Both the position numbers and the translations under genes were made by a program. Below, piece by piece: positions 39,630 through 52,623 of a DNA stretch of 64,000 nt. The first letter of the stretch is position 1, and every line of letters begins with the position of its first letter. This DNA comes from Antedon mediterranea (lineage: Eukaryota; Animalia; Echinodermata): assembly GCF_964355755.1 (NCBI RefSeq), contig NC_092670.1, positions 920,201-984,200 of the forward strand, written 5' to 3'. The notes beneath the pieces are model-generated. The model ran no database searches. It was not told the DNA's origin and saw only the letters and a program-made list of their open reading frames with translations.

Positions 39630-40819
39630 CTGTTTGCTACTTTCCATTTGGATTTGGCTATAATCCCAGTACAGCTTCTCAGCCTTAGTGTCGGTGCTCC
39701 TAGATTAGTTACTTAATGTAGATGTCTTCCACACTTCTTCATTTAAGTACTACTGATTGCTTGTCCAACCTACTGGTTCCCACAAAACTGTATTTATGCG
39801 TTATTAATATTAAAGTGTAATATTAGGGCCAAGTACTAAGCAAGTGTCTATAACACCAGAGATTGGTGTGCAAGTCTCTTTAACCATAAAGTCAGTCATA
39901 ACAACTCCATTTATATAAAGGTCCCTCCAGCAACTTCAAACATTCAAGTTGTTGCTTAATGTGCTGTGCAATTTTATTGGTGCTTTGCCATGTGTGTGTA
40001 ATGTAAATAATGTAGTAATAAATAAAATGTTACATATCTGTTCATAATGATATATACTGTGAAAATGATTGTTTAATTCCTCAACATTGTCAATCAGCGT
40101 ATTTTAATAGTCTATTTAGCATGTTTTGTAATATCCTATTAATGTCTTATTCCTGATCATGACCTAATAAATGATTAAACGTTTAATTGTGGCGTCTCTC
40201 TCATTTTATCTGTCTTGTTATTTTCCCCAATTTAATTCCACAACAAATTCCTACTTGCAGAGTTACAGTCGTTACATTTAATAGTATTTTAACTGCAAAA
40301 GAAAATTGTATTCGAAAATACAGTATGTTAATCAATAACAAGAAATTAAGAATCCAATCTGACCGACAATTCAGAGGTCAATAATATCCAGTACTTTCAA
40401 ATACAGTAGGAGCTACATTTTATGCACCCTGATGTTTATGTATAGTGACCGATGACGTCATCATTTTTTTGTAATACACAATAATAGTATATTGAGGACC
40501 CCATTGAAAGTCCCACATCGGGACTTCCGTAGGGCTATCCTGTATCTCTGTATTTGTTTTTTAAAATTTAAAAATATATACTGTATATATCTTGTATCAT
40601 AAACTGTGCACGTTTTTAATGAGATGCAAATAAATCAGAAAGTAGTTTATTATTCTCCAAAATCCAACCAATAATGGGATAAAATAATACGTAAGGGCTC
40701 TATGGTAATTTTTTTGTAATACACAATAATACTCTATACATAATATGTTTTCATTATTTTTTATTGGAAAAAACCCAATAGTGGGATAAAAGTAAGGGCC
40801 TTATGATAAATTTTAAATG

Positions 40820-42835
40820 TTATCTATCATTACGAGATGAACGGCTTGTGGACTGACCATTTGGCCAGGTGTCATCTGTCTCACTGGAATTATAATCATT
40901 ATCAAGCAATAATTTGGTCAAGTTATCTTGGTCTGTGGTCAAGTTATCTTGGTCTGTGCTCAAGTTATCTTGATCCGTACTAGAGAAGTCATTACTAAAA
41001 GCATCTAAAAAATCTTCGTCATCGATGCTTGAGTCAGACAGAGATACGTTGGTAAATGGCGCCCAACTTGATTCATCCGAACTAGAAGCAGCCAGCGCAT
41101 CAACAAGTTCTTCAATTGTGTTTCTGGAGAGGATAGGTTCAGTGGATAGCACGGAAGCACTTTGTTGTTTACTTTTCACTTTCCCACTTCCAGGATTGGT
41201 CTCCGATGACGAACCTCTACGAGCAGAAATTCTTGATGATCTGCGCACGTTAACAATCATAACATTTCTATCTTCCTGGTTTTCAGATTCAAAAGACAAC
41301 AAATCGACTTCGCTGGAAGTGTTCATCCTATCTGGTTGAGGGTTACCAGCATCTAATCGGGGACTACTATTGACTTGATTGCTAGTTGCTTGATTCAGGT
41401 TGACAGTTTCTTCTTGTACCGCTTGACATGTTGGTGTGTCATTGTTTAACATTATCTCTGATGATGACCCTCCTTCTATATTTTCTACTGCACTACTAAA
41501 AACTACGTCAGTAGTCAAGGATCCACTGCTAAAAGATCTGTTCATCTCGGAATAGAATGACTCATCTCCAGAGGTTATTGGTGTGCTATCAAAACCAGAC
41601 AACTGAAGAGTTGACGTATCTGAAAACGATGATGATATCTCCGATTCATTATTATCGGATGACCAAATTAGGGGAGACCTACTACGACTTCTTGAAATAC
41701 TGGTGTCAAAAAGTGATGATCTACTTTCGCTTCTAATCTGTCTTAATCGTTGTCGTATACCTCTTAACAAGGGATTGGAATCATGTCGTCCTCGTCTGCG
41801 TGAATCATGTCGTCCTTGTCTGCGTCTATTACTTTGTTCATTGCGATTGTTATTGTGGAAATCATCAGATCTTCTACGATTTGGACCACTTGGAGAATAC
41901 CAAGGCGATAGAGGGCTCCCTGGTGGTGAAATTGAAGGTGACCTATCTGACGTTTGATTAGGAGCACTTGGTGAAAACCAGGGCATTGGAGGGCTCTCCC
42001 TCCTTGACATTGGAGAAATGGAATGGGTTCTCGACCTCCGAAGTCTTCTGTGACGTTCTAACTCTTTAACTCGTTTTTCTAAGTTTGACAATTCAGTTGA
42101 CACTGTCTGATAGTTGTCTTCTACTTCTGTAAAATAAAAAAAAAGACAGAGAGCTTAATTTTTGGACTAAATTTTCTTGTACTGTATCATTTAAAGAGGG
42201 CCACTTAACATCAGATAACCCACTGGGCTAAACTGGAAGGGTTACCCTCTTTAAAGATGGTGAAATCTATTTTTTTTGGTCAATTTAGTAAAGTAGTCTA
42301 AAGCAATAAAAAAGAAATAGTACCTACTTTGTAGTTTAACCTTCAATTCTGACATACAGTTATGTTCTCTGAGTTTGCCAAGAGGAAACATCAGATCACA
42401 TCCCTTGTCACATTTTGTCAATCGATGACAACATTCATTCTCATGTTCACTTAAATGTTTGCGTAATACTTCTATGTTACATTCATTGTTTTTACACTTA
42501 ACCATTGAATACTCGCAAACATCTATGTGATTGTTGTTATAGGTTTCCAACTGGGAGGTATATACACAACCAGTTTCAGCGTTCTCACAGCGTACTTGTA
42601 ATCTGTTTATCATGTTGCATAATATTGGAAGAACTGGCTTTAGACGCGATGAATGTAAATATGCTCGACAGTTTGGACAGCTTCTATGGTTGCGAAGCCA
42701 CGTAGAGATGCAGACTTTACAGAAGACGTGTTGACAGGGGCTTACCATGGGATCATCCAGCACACAGCAACAAACGCAACAGATCAAATCAGGATCGGGG
42801 GCAGTGACAAAACGATGTACTTCAAACCTCCCCAT
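40820..42835 (-). CDS. RING (C3HC4) + TRAF-type zinc-finger E3 ligase-like protein (RNF151/RNF41-like N-terminus) with a long Ser/Arg-rich and acidic disordered tail, 604 aa
   Basis: Exons 42328-42835 and 40820-42126 joined by a phase-1 GT-AG intron, 1815 nt. MGRFEVHRFVTAPDPDLICCVCCCVLDDPMVSPCQHVFCKVCISTWLRNHRSCPNCR, then C-x6-C...H-x3-C TRAF-like fingers and a short coiled coil. Confidence 0.88.
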
Positions 42836-43082
42836 ATTGATGTTTCTGTTTGGACTTTGCTCTGAGAACAAATCAACATTTAAATTCTTTAATTAAATAA
42901 TATTAACAATAAATATGAATAAGTATTTTCAGTTTCATATAAAAATTTTGTTTTGTTATTGTTAACGTTTATATACGAATTCTGACAAAAAAGGATAATA
43001 TTTAAAAAAATACAATTACAATGCAAGAAAATAGAAATGATAAATGTAAAAGGTCATAGTTTCAAGGCAGATGGAGCTTTAA

Positions 43083-43708
43083 AGCCCCATTCCCTACGTT
43101 TTTTAGATCTAATTTAAGATCACAAACTATATTTAATGTAAAAATAATACTATATGATCCTATTGCGATAACTTTTTTCGTCTTTAAACGGTTAAAAATG
43201 TGAAAAATAAGTCGATTCTAATAATTATAGCGGCCCGCTATAAATCCCAAAATGCATTGCGCGCGGATTGATATTTTTGTTTTTCACCTGTAATTCGCCC
43301 ACTTTTCGATCGATCGTGAGGCCAAAACAAATGGAAGACTCCTAACTTTTCAGCGAAAATACCGGGTTTTCCCCAATTTGTATCAACGGAGTCTGGCAAA
43401 AATAGAAAGACAATTAATGCAGCAACTATACAACGTCAGGCTAGGTATATAGGTAGCGTACGATGTTCGTACGTTACCGATGTTTACCAGCTAGGCCTAC
43501 AAAACTAAGCCTAGCTAGGCTAGGCCTAAGACCGTCCACGAGAGGTCGATCGCCGCGAGCTACTTAGGTAGTGCATTGTTTCTAACTTTTTATCATAATT
43601 TACCATAAAACGTAAATTTAAGACAAGGAATGACATGGTTTAATGTTTTTAAAGTGATATATATGTATTATTTTCCAAAAAACGTCCAAAATTGCAGGGA
43701 AGGGGTCT
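43083..43708. mobile_element. Non-autonomous DNA transposon with TTAA TSD (Kolobok-like)
   Basis: TTAA|AGCCCCATTCCCTAC ... GCAGGGAAGGGGTCT|TTAA; AG...CT termini with TTAA flanks fit Kolobok rather than piggyBac. Confidence 0.7.
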
Positions 43709-43989
43709 TTAAAAAATAAATGATAATGAATAGGAAAATTCAAAAAAATATATATAAAAGAAACAAATTCGATCCTTTATTTAATTAATATTAATAAATA
43801 ATAGATAGGGCCGAGTTGACGTGGGACCGACTTGAATTTGGCTGAGACGGTTTAGGGCCGAGTGACTTGACCTGACTAACTTAGCTAGGCTAATAGTAAT
43901 ACTGGCCTGGCCCAAGGCAAGAAGTTAGTCTACTAGTAGTACTACTAGGCCTAGGCCTAGTAGTAGTAGTAGTAGTAGTAGTACTACAC

Positions 43990-46589
43990 GGGTGCTGGTC
44001 AACCCGTACCCAAACCAACCCGTACCCATGCCAACTCGTACCCAACTTGGCTAACCCGTACCCAAATAATTGGTCAACTCGTACCCACTTTGGCTAACCC
44101 GTACCCAAACCAACCCGTACCCATGCCAACTCGTACCTAAATATTTGGCTTACTCGTACCCAAGTATTTGGCTTACTCGTACCCATTTTTTGGCTTACCC
44201 GTACCCATTTTTGGCTTACTCGTACCCATTATTTGGCCTACTCGTACCCAATTTGAATAATTACTTGTAATGATTTGATCGGCGTAAAACTAGTGGTATG
44301 CTTTTGCCGTATGAATATTTTTATATTTAAATTGTTTTTTTATTTTACATACAGGTCTCGGTGAAATGTGTGCTAATAAAAATGACCATTGATTTGATTG
44401 TAGACTTCGTTTAATTAGGCATATATTTGTTAACATTTATTTAAATCTAGTATTATAGTTTTATAAACGTATGTTTATTTTATTTTATTTATTTTATTTT
44501 CAATCTTTCTACATAGCAAAAAAACAAACATATAAGTATAACAGGAGAGTAGCGGAAAAGCAAAAGTGTAAAACTGTCATCTTGTGATGTGCTTGACCAG
44601 CCCCTGTCAACTTGAACGATACAATAAAACCGACATTTAACAAATTTAGAAAAATACATAGAAAAATAAGGTATAATAAAATGTTAACAAAAGTGTTATA
44701 AAAATGCAATTGCTATCTGAACAATCTGATTGTGTAAAAGTTAAAAATTCTGATTGTATAAAAGTTAAAAATTCTGATTGAATAAAAGTTAAAAATTATG
44801 AATGTATAAAAGTTAACAATTCTGATTGTATAAAAGTTAAATTCTGATTGTATAAAAGTTAAAAATTCTGATTGTATAAAAGTTAAAAATTCTGATTGTG
44901 TGTCTTTTTTATTTACGTAAGAGAACATTAATTAATAAAAAAATATTTTAACAACACCCTGTTTTAAGCGAAAAGCCTGCCGGGCTATGGGGTCGAATTA
45001 CTCGTAGATTTCGTGTTACGTGTTTTTTCTGACCGGGATTAACCTTTTATTATAAAAAACACGCATTTATAGGGCCGGCGTCAAAGAGACGACTTAGTAA
45101 TGACGTATGATCATTTTCCATATATTTTATTTATTAATAATTCAGTGAAATGATCATATACACGTACTGTCGTACTGTAGCCTAAGGCAATTAAACATTT
45201 TGGCAGATTTTCTTCTATAACAGCTACGTGTTTTTGCTGAATGGGGATTCCTCTTTATTATTAAAAAAAAAAACGCATTTGTACGGGTCCATTTGTAGTG
45301 TGTCCAAAAGGTTCAATGTGGCGTATGATCGTTTTCTATTTATTTTTTTTCTTAAATAATTCAGTAAAATTATCTGTTTGTTTACGGTAATTAAACATTT
45401 TTGGTAGATATTTCCTCAATAACTTACAGCTACGTGTTTTTGCTGACGAGGGATTCCCTTTTTTAAAAAAAAATACGCATTCTATAATGTGTCAAATAAG
45501 ACAAATGAAATGAACTACGATCGTTTTTCCATGGCAACGGATGTCGTCTTATTTACTAAAATAATATAAACGTTCTGAAGGCCTACCTACACGTGTCTGA
45601 GTTCTTACGTATCTGTCAGCGATAAGATGATTTTTTTAAGTTTTAGTAGTATTTATTTCGGTTTTTAGTCATAATAATACAGTAATAATCATTATAAAAT
45701 GAAAAGGTAATAACAGCAAATGTCGTCGTTTGTAATTAAATGTTAAATTATTGGAGGTTAGTACAGTAGTTACCTTTTATTATTACTCTCACATCCGTCA
45801 TTGTATACTAGATAAACGGCAATAATCTAATCTACTACTAAATGCTCATAGCAGCAATGAGGCTGGTATCCACTTAAATAGTTTCGTGATTTTAAAATAC
45901 GAGTGACTATTTAAAAATGTATTAAATATTTTCGAAATGTTAAAACAGTTTAATATTTTCCAAAACTTGCAAAACAAAACAACAAAAACCATTCGTTTTA
46001 AAACGATTTTCAAAAAGCACATTACTTCATTATCTGTAAAATAAAATGAAAATACAAATTATGTATAAAAGATATTTATGTTTACTTTTAATAATTCAAG
46101 TTTTCATCATCACAGACTAGTGGGTATTTCAATTTCCGTGTACTACTATTCGTAGAAAATAATAGATTAATAACTCATAAATGAAAAAAAAATAGAATGC
46201 AGCACAGCCGACCACTGACATCTTCCACAGAGCCATATAAAACAGCGCCCTCAAGTATTAACTTTACCAAATACGACGTACGCAAATACGATGAAAGCTG
46301 TGCTTTTTACGTACGAGTCTGTACATATTATTATACATTTTAGGTCAATAGTTTTTGCCATTATAATATCGAACATATGATTGGTATCTAAAAATTTAAT
46401 AAAACTGGGTTTAAATGTAATATAAATATACTTTAAATAGCATTAAACTTGGGTACGGGCCAGCCAATGATGGGTACGGGTCAGCCAATGATGGGTACGG
46501 GTCAGCCAAAATTTTGGGTACGAGTAAGCCAAAATTTGGGTACGAGTTGGTGGGTACGAGTTGGCATGGGTACGGGTTGACCTGTATTC
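43990..46589. mobile_element. 2.6-kb non-autonomous MULE/foldback-type element with tandem-repeat subterminal arms
   Basis: Left arm 43990-44250 of repeated CCAACYCGTACCC units; right arm ~46450-46589 of GGGTACGRG units in inverted orientation; G...C termini; perfect 9-bp TSD GTACTACAC (43981-43989 and 46590-46598); no transposase ORF. Confidence 0.85.
44720..44900. repeat. ~24-bp minisatellite (AAAAATTCTGATTGTATAAAAGTT), about 7 copies, inside the MULE-like element
   Basis: Direct tandem periodicity. Confidence 0.9.
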
Positions 46590-46743
46590 GTACTACACTA
46601 CCTGGGCCTAGGCTACCCTACTAGTACTCTAGCTACTCTACTAGGCCTAGCTAGAGCCGTGACTTTAAGATTGATTATAAAAAAAGCTCAAACATATAAT
46701 AGATGGAAAAAAGACGATAGGCCGCACTCCGACATTCACTTAC

Positions 46744-46900
46744 TAAAGGAAAAACACGTTTTTATTGTTGAGAATGTTGACAATCCTGTGACGTGTGTAG
46801 GAGGCCTGAGTACACACAGCGCCGACAGCAGGTAGGTGGCAGCAGAAAAAGATCAAAGGCGACTACTCGACACCGCCCCACGCGCGCGTAATGGCAATTT
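46744..46900 (-). promoter_or_regulatory. Candidate promoter and non-coding first exon of the RING gene
   Basis: Local GC/CpG-rich patch with a GC box (CCGCCC ~46873); minus-strand donor GTAAGTG at 46743-46737; minus-strand acceptor TTCTCAG at ~42862, just upstream of the ATG. Confidence 0.4.
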
Positions 46901-47779
46901 ATTTACTTTGCTTAATGAAGCGTGACCGTGCACACTTTTGGGTGGCCTTACACAATATAAAAATAATAAGCTCATCTTTAAGCATTTATGGGGAAAAAAT
47001 TAAATCCATGTACTACTACTTTACCAATATTTTTTTTTTTCAAATTTGATCGATCCTCAAATTCAATTGTTATGTCATCATAATAATATTGCCCCACATT
47101 GTCTTACCAACATCTTTATTAAATATTATAATACTAGTTTATATAAAAAAAGGATCAAAATGTTCCTCTTAAAAAAATCAAAAATTGTTATGCAATAATT
47201 GCCATAATATTATATGCGCATATATTGTGTTAGCATCATCTATCAAAAGCATTTGACACAAAATAAAAAAGCCTTTACAAGATTTTTTTATTGACTATTT
47301 ATTATGGTGTGAATCATGACAGAAACCATGTCACAGGGGGCCGGGGGGGGGGAGGAGATGCTGAAGAGAGTGCCTTGGAATGTCAGTTATGAAACGCCTT
47401 GTGTGCCTTATTTATGGTTTTTACCACAACATTATTTGTCTTCCAAAATGACCAAAAAAGAACAACACAAAATCATTTCAATCACAATTTCTTTATTTTA
47501 CACATAGATACAAGTTAGTTTTCCTCTAGTTAAATAACATCATAAAACACATTAAGATTTACATTAATATGAAAAAAAACCAAACAAATTTAGATGGTTA
47601 GAATGGAGAGGAGTAATGTGATGGGTCTAGGAATGTGACTAGGAGGCAGGAAGTAGTTTATATAATGCTCATCATGACATACATTCATGATGATTTACAT
47701 CAGTTATGCACAAAGTGTTAATGTGAACACATGTCAAAAGTTACAACATGAATTAACTTAATATGGCAGTCATTATATC

Positions 47780-48185
47780 TCAGCAGTGTGGACACAGCCT
47801 AGACATTGAATTTAAACAGGAGTTTCTATCCCATTATCATAGTATCTTACTATACCAGTGTGGACACAGTCTAGAAATGAATGTAAACAGGAGCTACCAG
47901 GCCATAGTATCTTACTTTACCAGTGCAAACACATCCTAGAAATTAAATGTAATCAGGATATTTCTATAGGCCATAATATCTTACTTTACCAGTGTGGACA
48001 CAGCCTATAAATTGAATGTAAACATGAGTTTCTACAGGTCATAATATCTTACTTTACCAGTGTGGACACAGCCTATAAATTGAATGTAAACCTGAGTTTC
48101 TATAGGCCATAATATCTTACTTTATCAGTGTGGACACAGCCTACAAATTAAATGTAAACATGAGTTTCTATAGGCCGTAGTATCT
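47780..48185. repeat. Degenerate ~68-bp tandem repeat, about 6 copies
   Basis: ATCTTACTTTACCAGTGTGGACACAGCCTA...GTAAAC recurs at 47978, 48046, 48114 and earlier. Confidence 0.85.
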
Positions 48186-48522
48186 ACATTTTCAAATCAT
48201 TGCTCGAAAAGTACTAGTAAATTATCCACAAATAACAATAATAACAAAATATTAAGAAAATTACTGCACAAAATATAAAAATAACTTGCACTGAATTTCG
48301 ATAAAACATCAGTGGAATCATGTGGTGGGATAATGTAGAATATTTGTATGGTAATATAGTACTATAATAGACTTGTTCCTGCCTAAAAAAGATGGCCTAA
48401 GCTTGAGACATCTCAGGTCATGTAGCTTACCTTATATAAATGAAAACAGAGATTTAAATATTTAATAAAATACAATTATAAATAAATAAATAATAAAATA
48501 CAATTAGAAACGAAGAATAACT

Positions 48523-48524
<2 letters not shown>

Positions 48525-48597
<73 letters not shown>
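48525..48597. repeat. (AT)n microsatellite
   Basis: About 36 uninterrupted AT units. Confidence 0.98.
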
Positions 48598-48598
<1 letters not shown>

Positions 48599-50484
48599 GT
48601 AAAAAACTAAATAGAATTTAAATCTAAGAAAAAAACAAGCATTGACATTGTGGAAATATTGCAATTAATTATGATATTAAAAACAGACTATAGATTATTT
48701 TACTAAATTATAATAACAAATAATGTACCAACAAAAATATATATTAACAGTATACAACATGTAAAGGCCATTAATATCAAACTAACTCAACACTAAGAAT
48801 ATTTCAATTATATATATACCATATTGGAGTATGATGACATCATCACAACCATGGGAATGTTGACCGATTCATTAATACTTTAGTTCAAACAATTTACACT
48901 TTCCCTCGGAAAATTCTTTACACAAAATTGTTATTTCTACATAAATGGTAGAATATTTTCCGCCAAATCATCGACACATTTTAATACTAAAAATAAAGAC
49001 ATGATTTATAATTACCACAAAAGAAATAAAATAGATTCAATAGATTGGTGAGCACCATTAACTTCCATGATTTACATGTTCCAATCCACAAAATCAACAC
49101 TCTTCCTGTTGTCTAGTACTTAGTAGTGCACACAACTTAGATCATCTTTAATAACTTTGTATGTTACCTATGATATGATATGATATCTGTAGTTAATGCT
49201 AGCATATTTAGATTTGTTTGTGTTTATTGCCAAGGATAAACCATGCAAATTCCTTCAATAAGGTGGCAATCCTGACAACAAACATACACAAAATGCTCTA
49301 AATAAGCAAAAATGATTAAACAAGTCTTTGGGAGTAGAGTTGTATAGCTGAGAGGAATTGAACAAAGGACCCTAGCCGAGCTGCATCTTAATACCAAGCT
49401 ACAACTCCAGTACAGCACTGATATTTGCACCTAGTAAATAAATTACTGAACTGGCAACATACCATAGTAACTTTTTAATATGTTGCTGAAAGAGTGGTTA
49501 CTGCAGTAAACTATTTTCTTCTTCTTTTGTCTTCTCACAAAAACATACAATATTATAGTTTGACAAACAAATAAATACTACATAGATAGTAGTTTTACTT
49601 ACATACTTAATTTTTAATACAAATTAAATGAATTAGGAACGGCAATAGTCAACCTCACATCAACACAAACCTCAATCTTCTTCTCTGGCATCAATACAAC
49701 AGAACTAGAATTGAACTGAAAAAGTGACTCTTATACTACACTAAGGATTCAGATATTACATACTGGTGAATAATCTTGTCTTACATAACTAACAACTGCA
49801 GTTGGCTTGTCCATCAGCACAAATGTAGAGCCGTATAGTGAAAGAGTTACAACAAAAACAATGCATTAACTATAGAGAATCATGATCTAAACTAAATGTG
49901 CACATGTAGATCGCAATATTTTGAACACAAAAATGGCTTCTAATCCATTTAATGTCGGAACTCTTTTAATATTATGGCTCTACACAAATAGGTTTACTGC
50001 CCTCAATCATCCAAACAACTCACTTGAAGAAGAAATTAATATCAAACACATATATAATTATAATAGATATGTACTGTACTATTGTGGATCTTGTTCACTC
50101 TCTCTTTGGGAATTGTGGTTAAACAATATTAGTATCTACAAAAAACAAATAGAAAAAAAATTCATAGTGATCATATTGCAAATTAACTTGCATGATATGA
50201 ATCACATTTTGGTTTTTATAAAGAATATTGCAAATTTACGGTTTCATCTATTACACATTTAGAAATATTTACAAATAAGTTAGTTAAATTAAATTATGAT
50301 TGTCAATCAGACAATGGAATAAAGGATTTAATCAAGCAATTTATATTAGTACTAATTAATATAATTTAAATACAAAAAATAATGTTGGAAAAAAAGACAT
50401 TTTAAAGCTTATAAGATGTTATAATTGAACATTTTGATGTAATTTTTTTATAACTGACTTATAGAATGCTTTAAATTGGAATAC

Positions 50485-51075
50485 ATTGATAGCATTACTA
50501 TTGATAGCATTACTATTGATAGCATTACTATTGATAGCATTACTATTGATAGCATTACTATTGATAGCATTACTATTGATAGCATTACTATTGATAGCAT
50601 TACTATTGATAGCATCACTATTGATAGCATCACTATTGATAGCATCACTATTGATAGCATCACTATTGATAGCATCACTATTGATAGCATTACTATTGAT
50701 AGCATTACTATTGATAGCATTACTATTGATAGCATTACTATTGATAGCATTACTATTGATAGCATTACTATTGATAGCATTACTATTGATAGCATTACTA
50801 TTGATAGCATTACTATTGATAGCATTACTATTGATAGCATTACTATTGATAGCATTACTATTGATAGCATTACTATTGATAGCATTACTATTGATAGCAT
50901 TACTATTGATAGCATTACTATTGATAGCATTACTATTGATAGCATTACTATTGATAGCATTACTATTGATAGCATTACTATTGATAGCATTACTATTGAT
51001 AGCATTACTATTGATAGCATTACTATTGATAGCATTACTATTGATAGCATTACTATTGATAGCATTACTATTGAT
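50485..51075. repeat. 15-bp minisatellite (ATTGATAGCATTACT), about 39 copies
   Basis: Nearly perfect array with a block of 5 ATCACT variant units at ~50610-50680. Confidence 0.98.
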
Positions 51076-51329
51076 TTATACATATAATCTGTTTTCTTTT
51101 ACTATTCTATATTCTTATTTATAAGAGTTTTTCATTTACATTGAAGAGTGGCAGTGGCAGTGAAATTAGTGTAAGTACAGTTAACAATATACAATAAACT
51201 TTCTGATTGTAAAAGCAGTAAACAGTCTAAAGTCTTAGTGTTCTACTTGTTACTGGTGGTCACTGTGACATCTGGTGCTATTCAATGCCTCAACAGGCTA
51301 CAATAAATGCCTCAACAGGCTACAATTTC

Positions 51330-51830
51330 CTGCCACAATTGGCTGTAATCACTACCCCAACTGGTTGCAATCACTACCCACATTGGCTCCAATTACTACC
51401 CCAAATGATAATACAATATCTACCCACATTGGCTGCAATTACTACCCCAACTGGTTGCAATTACTGCCACAATTGGCTGCACTTACTACCACAACTGGTT
51501 GCAATTACTGCCACAATTGGCTGCAATTACTATCCCAAATGATAATACAATCACTACCCACATTGGCTGCAATTACTACAACAAATGGTTGCAATTACTG
51601 CCACAATTGGCTGCAATTGCTATCCCAAATGATAATACAATCACTACCCACATTGGCTGCAATTACTACCACAACTGGTTGCAATTACTGCCATAATTGG
51701 CTGCAATTACTACCCCAAATGATAATACTGTACAATCACTACCCACATTGGCTGCAATTACTACCCCAACTGGTTGCAATTACTGCCCATCCCCAATTTC
51801 CTACAATCACTGCCCCAATTACCCAATTAC
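51330..51830. repeat. Degenerate ~22-bp repeat (ATTGGCTGCAATTACTACC) with a 90-bp higher-order period
   Basis: GATAATAC recurs at 51541, 51631 and 51721. Confidence 0.85.
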
Positions 51831-52623
51831 AGTACTGTAAATACACACACAATCCTAGCATCAAATACTGCCACAGGACCTTTGAATTGTAGTCAAGCAC
51901 TATAAACTCACAATCACAATACATACCCAATCACTGTACTGATGAATTTAAAAAAATAAAAATGTTTGTTTTGTAGTTAATGCTATTATATATTTATTAT
52001 TCTATTGTATTTTTATAATATATTGTCTTTTTCAATATTGGTGTTTTTTTCTTTTATGTGCTTGTAAATTTTACATGCAATCTGGTCATTGGCCACAAGT
52101 TGTAACGTATTGCTACATTGTTTTTGAATTAAAAAGGTGTAAGTAAGATGTAGTGTACTTTCTTCATCACAATACTTTATATGACAATATACACATGTTA
52201 CTCTAGTAGCTAGTAGTATGAAGAGGAATGATTTCACCAGATTTATATCAAATTAAAGAGCGACATTTTTTGTTATTCTAAGATAGAATTTATAACCAAA
52301 ATCTTCAAAATGATGTCATTAAGTAATTAACGCACTTAATTTAAATGTTATCGTTACTAGCCAATGGCAGAGCTGATACTGCATGTAATAGGTACAGGCC
52401 AAAAAAGTATCTAAAAATTAACCTTAATTTCTTCTTACAAATATTTTATATATACATCTCTATTTAAAAAAAGTATTTTCTTCACTTCATAATCTTTGTA
52501 TATATTTGATTTAGCAATCATATCATAACAACCTCCAATGGATCTGATGCTTTGTTATCACTAGCAAGAAGACATTGAAACCATATGAAGTAGACCTGTA
52601 CTGGATCCATTCTCTGCTGCTAA

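Noticed and set aside
41025-41967. Overlapping ORFs antisense to or frame-shifted within RING exon 2
   Set aside because: Shadows of a long low-complexity coding exon.
50448-51892. ~200-aa ORFs (IVMLS, IDSIT, IALLL and WLQLL repeats)
   Set aside because: Stop-free frames of 15-bp and 90-bp tandem repeats.
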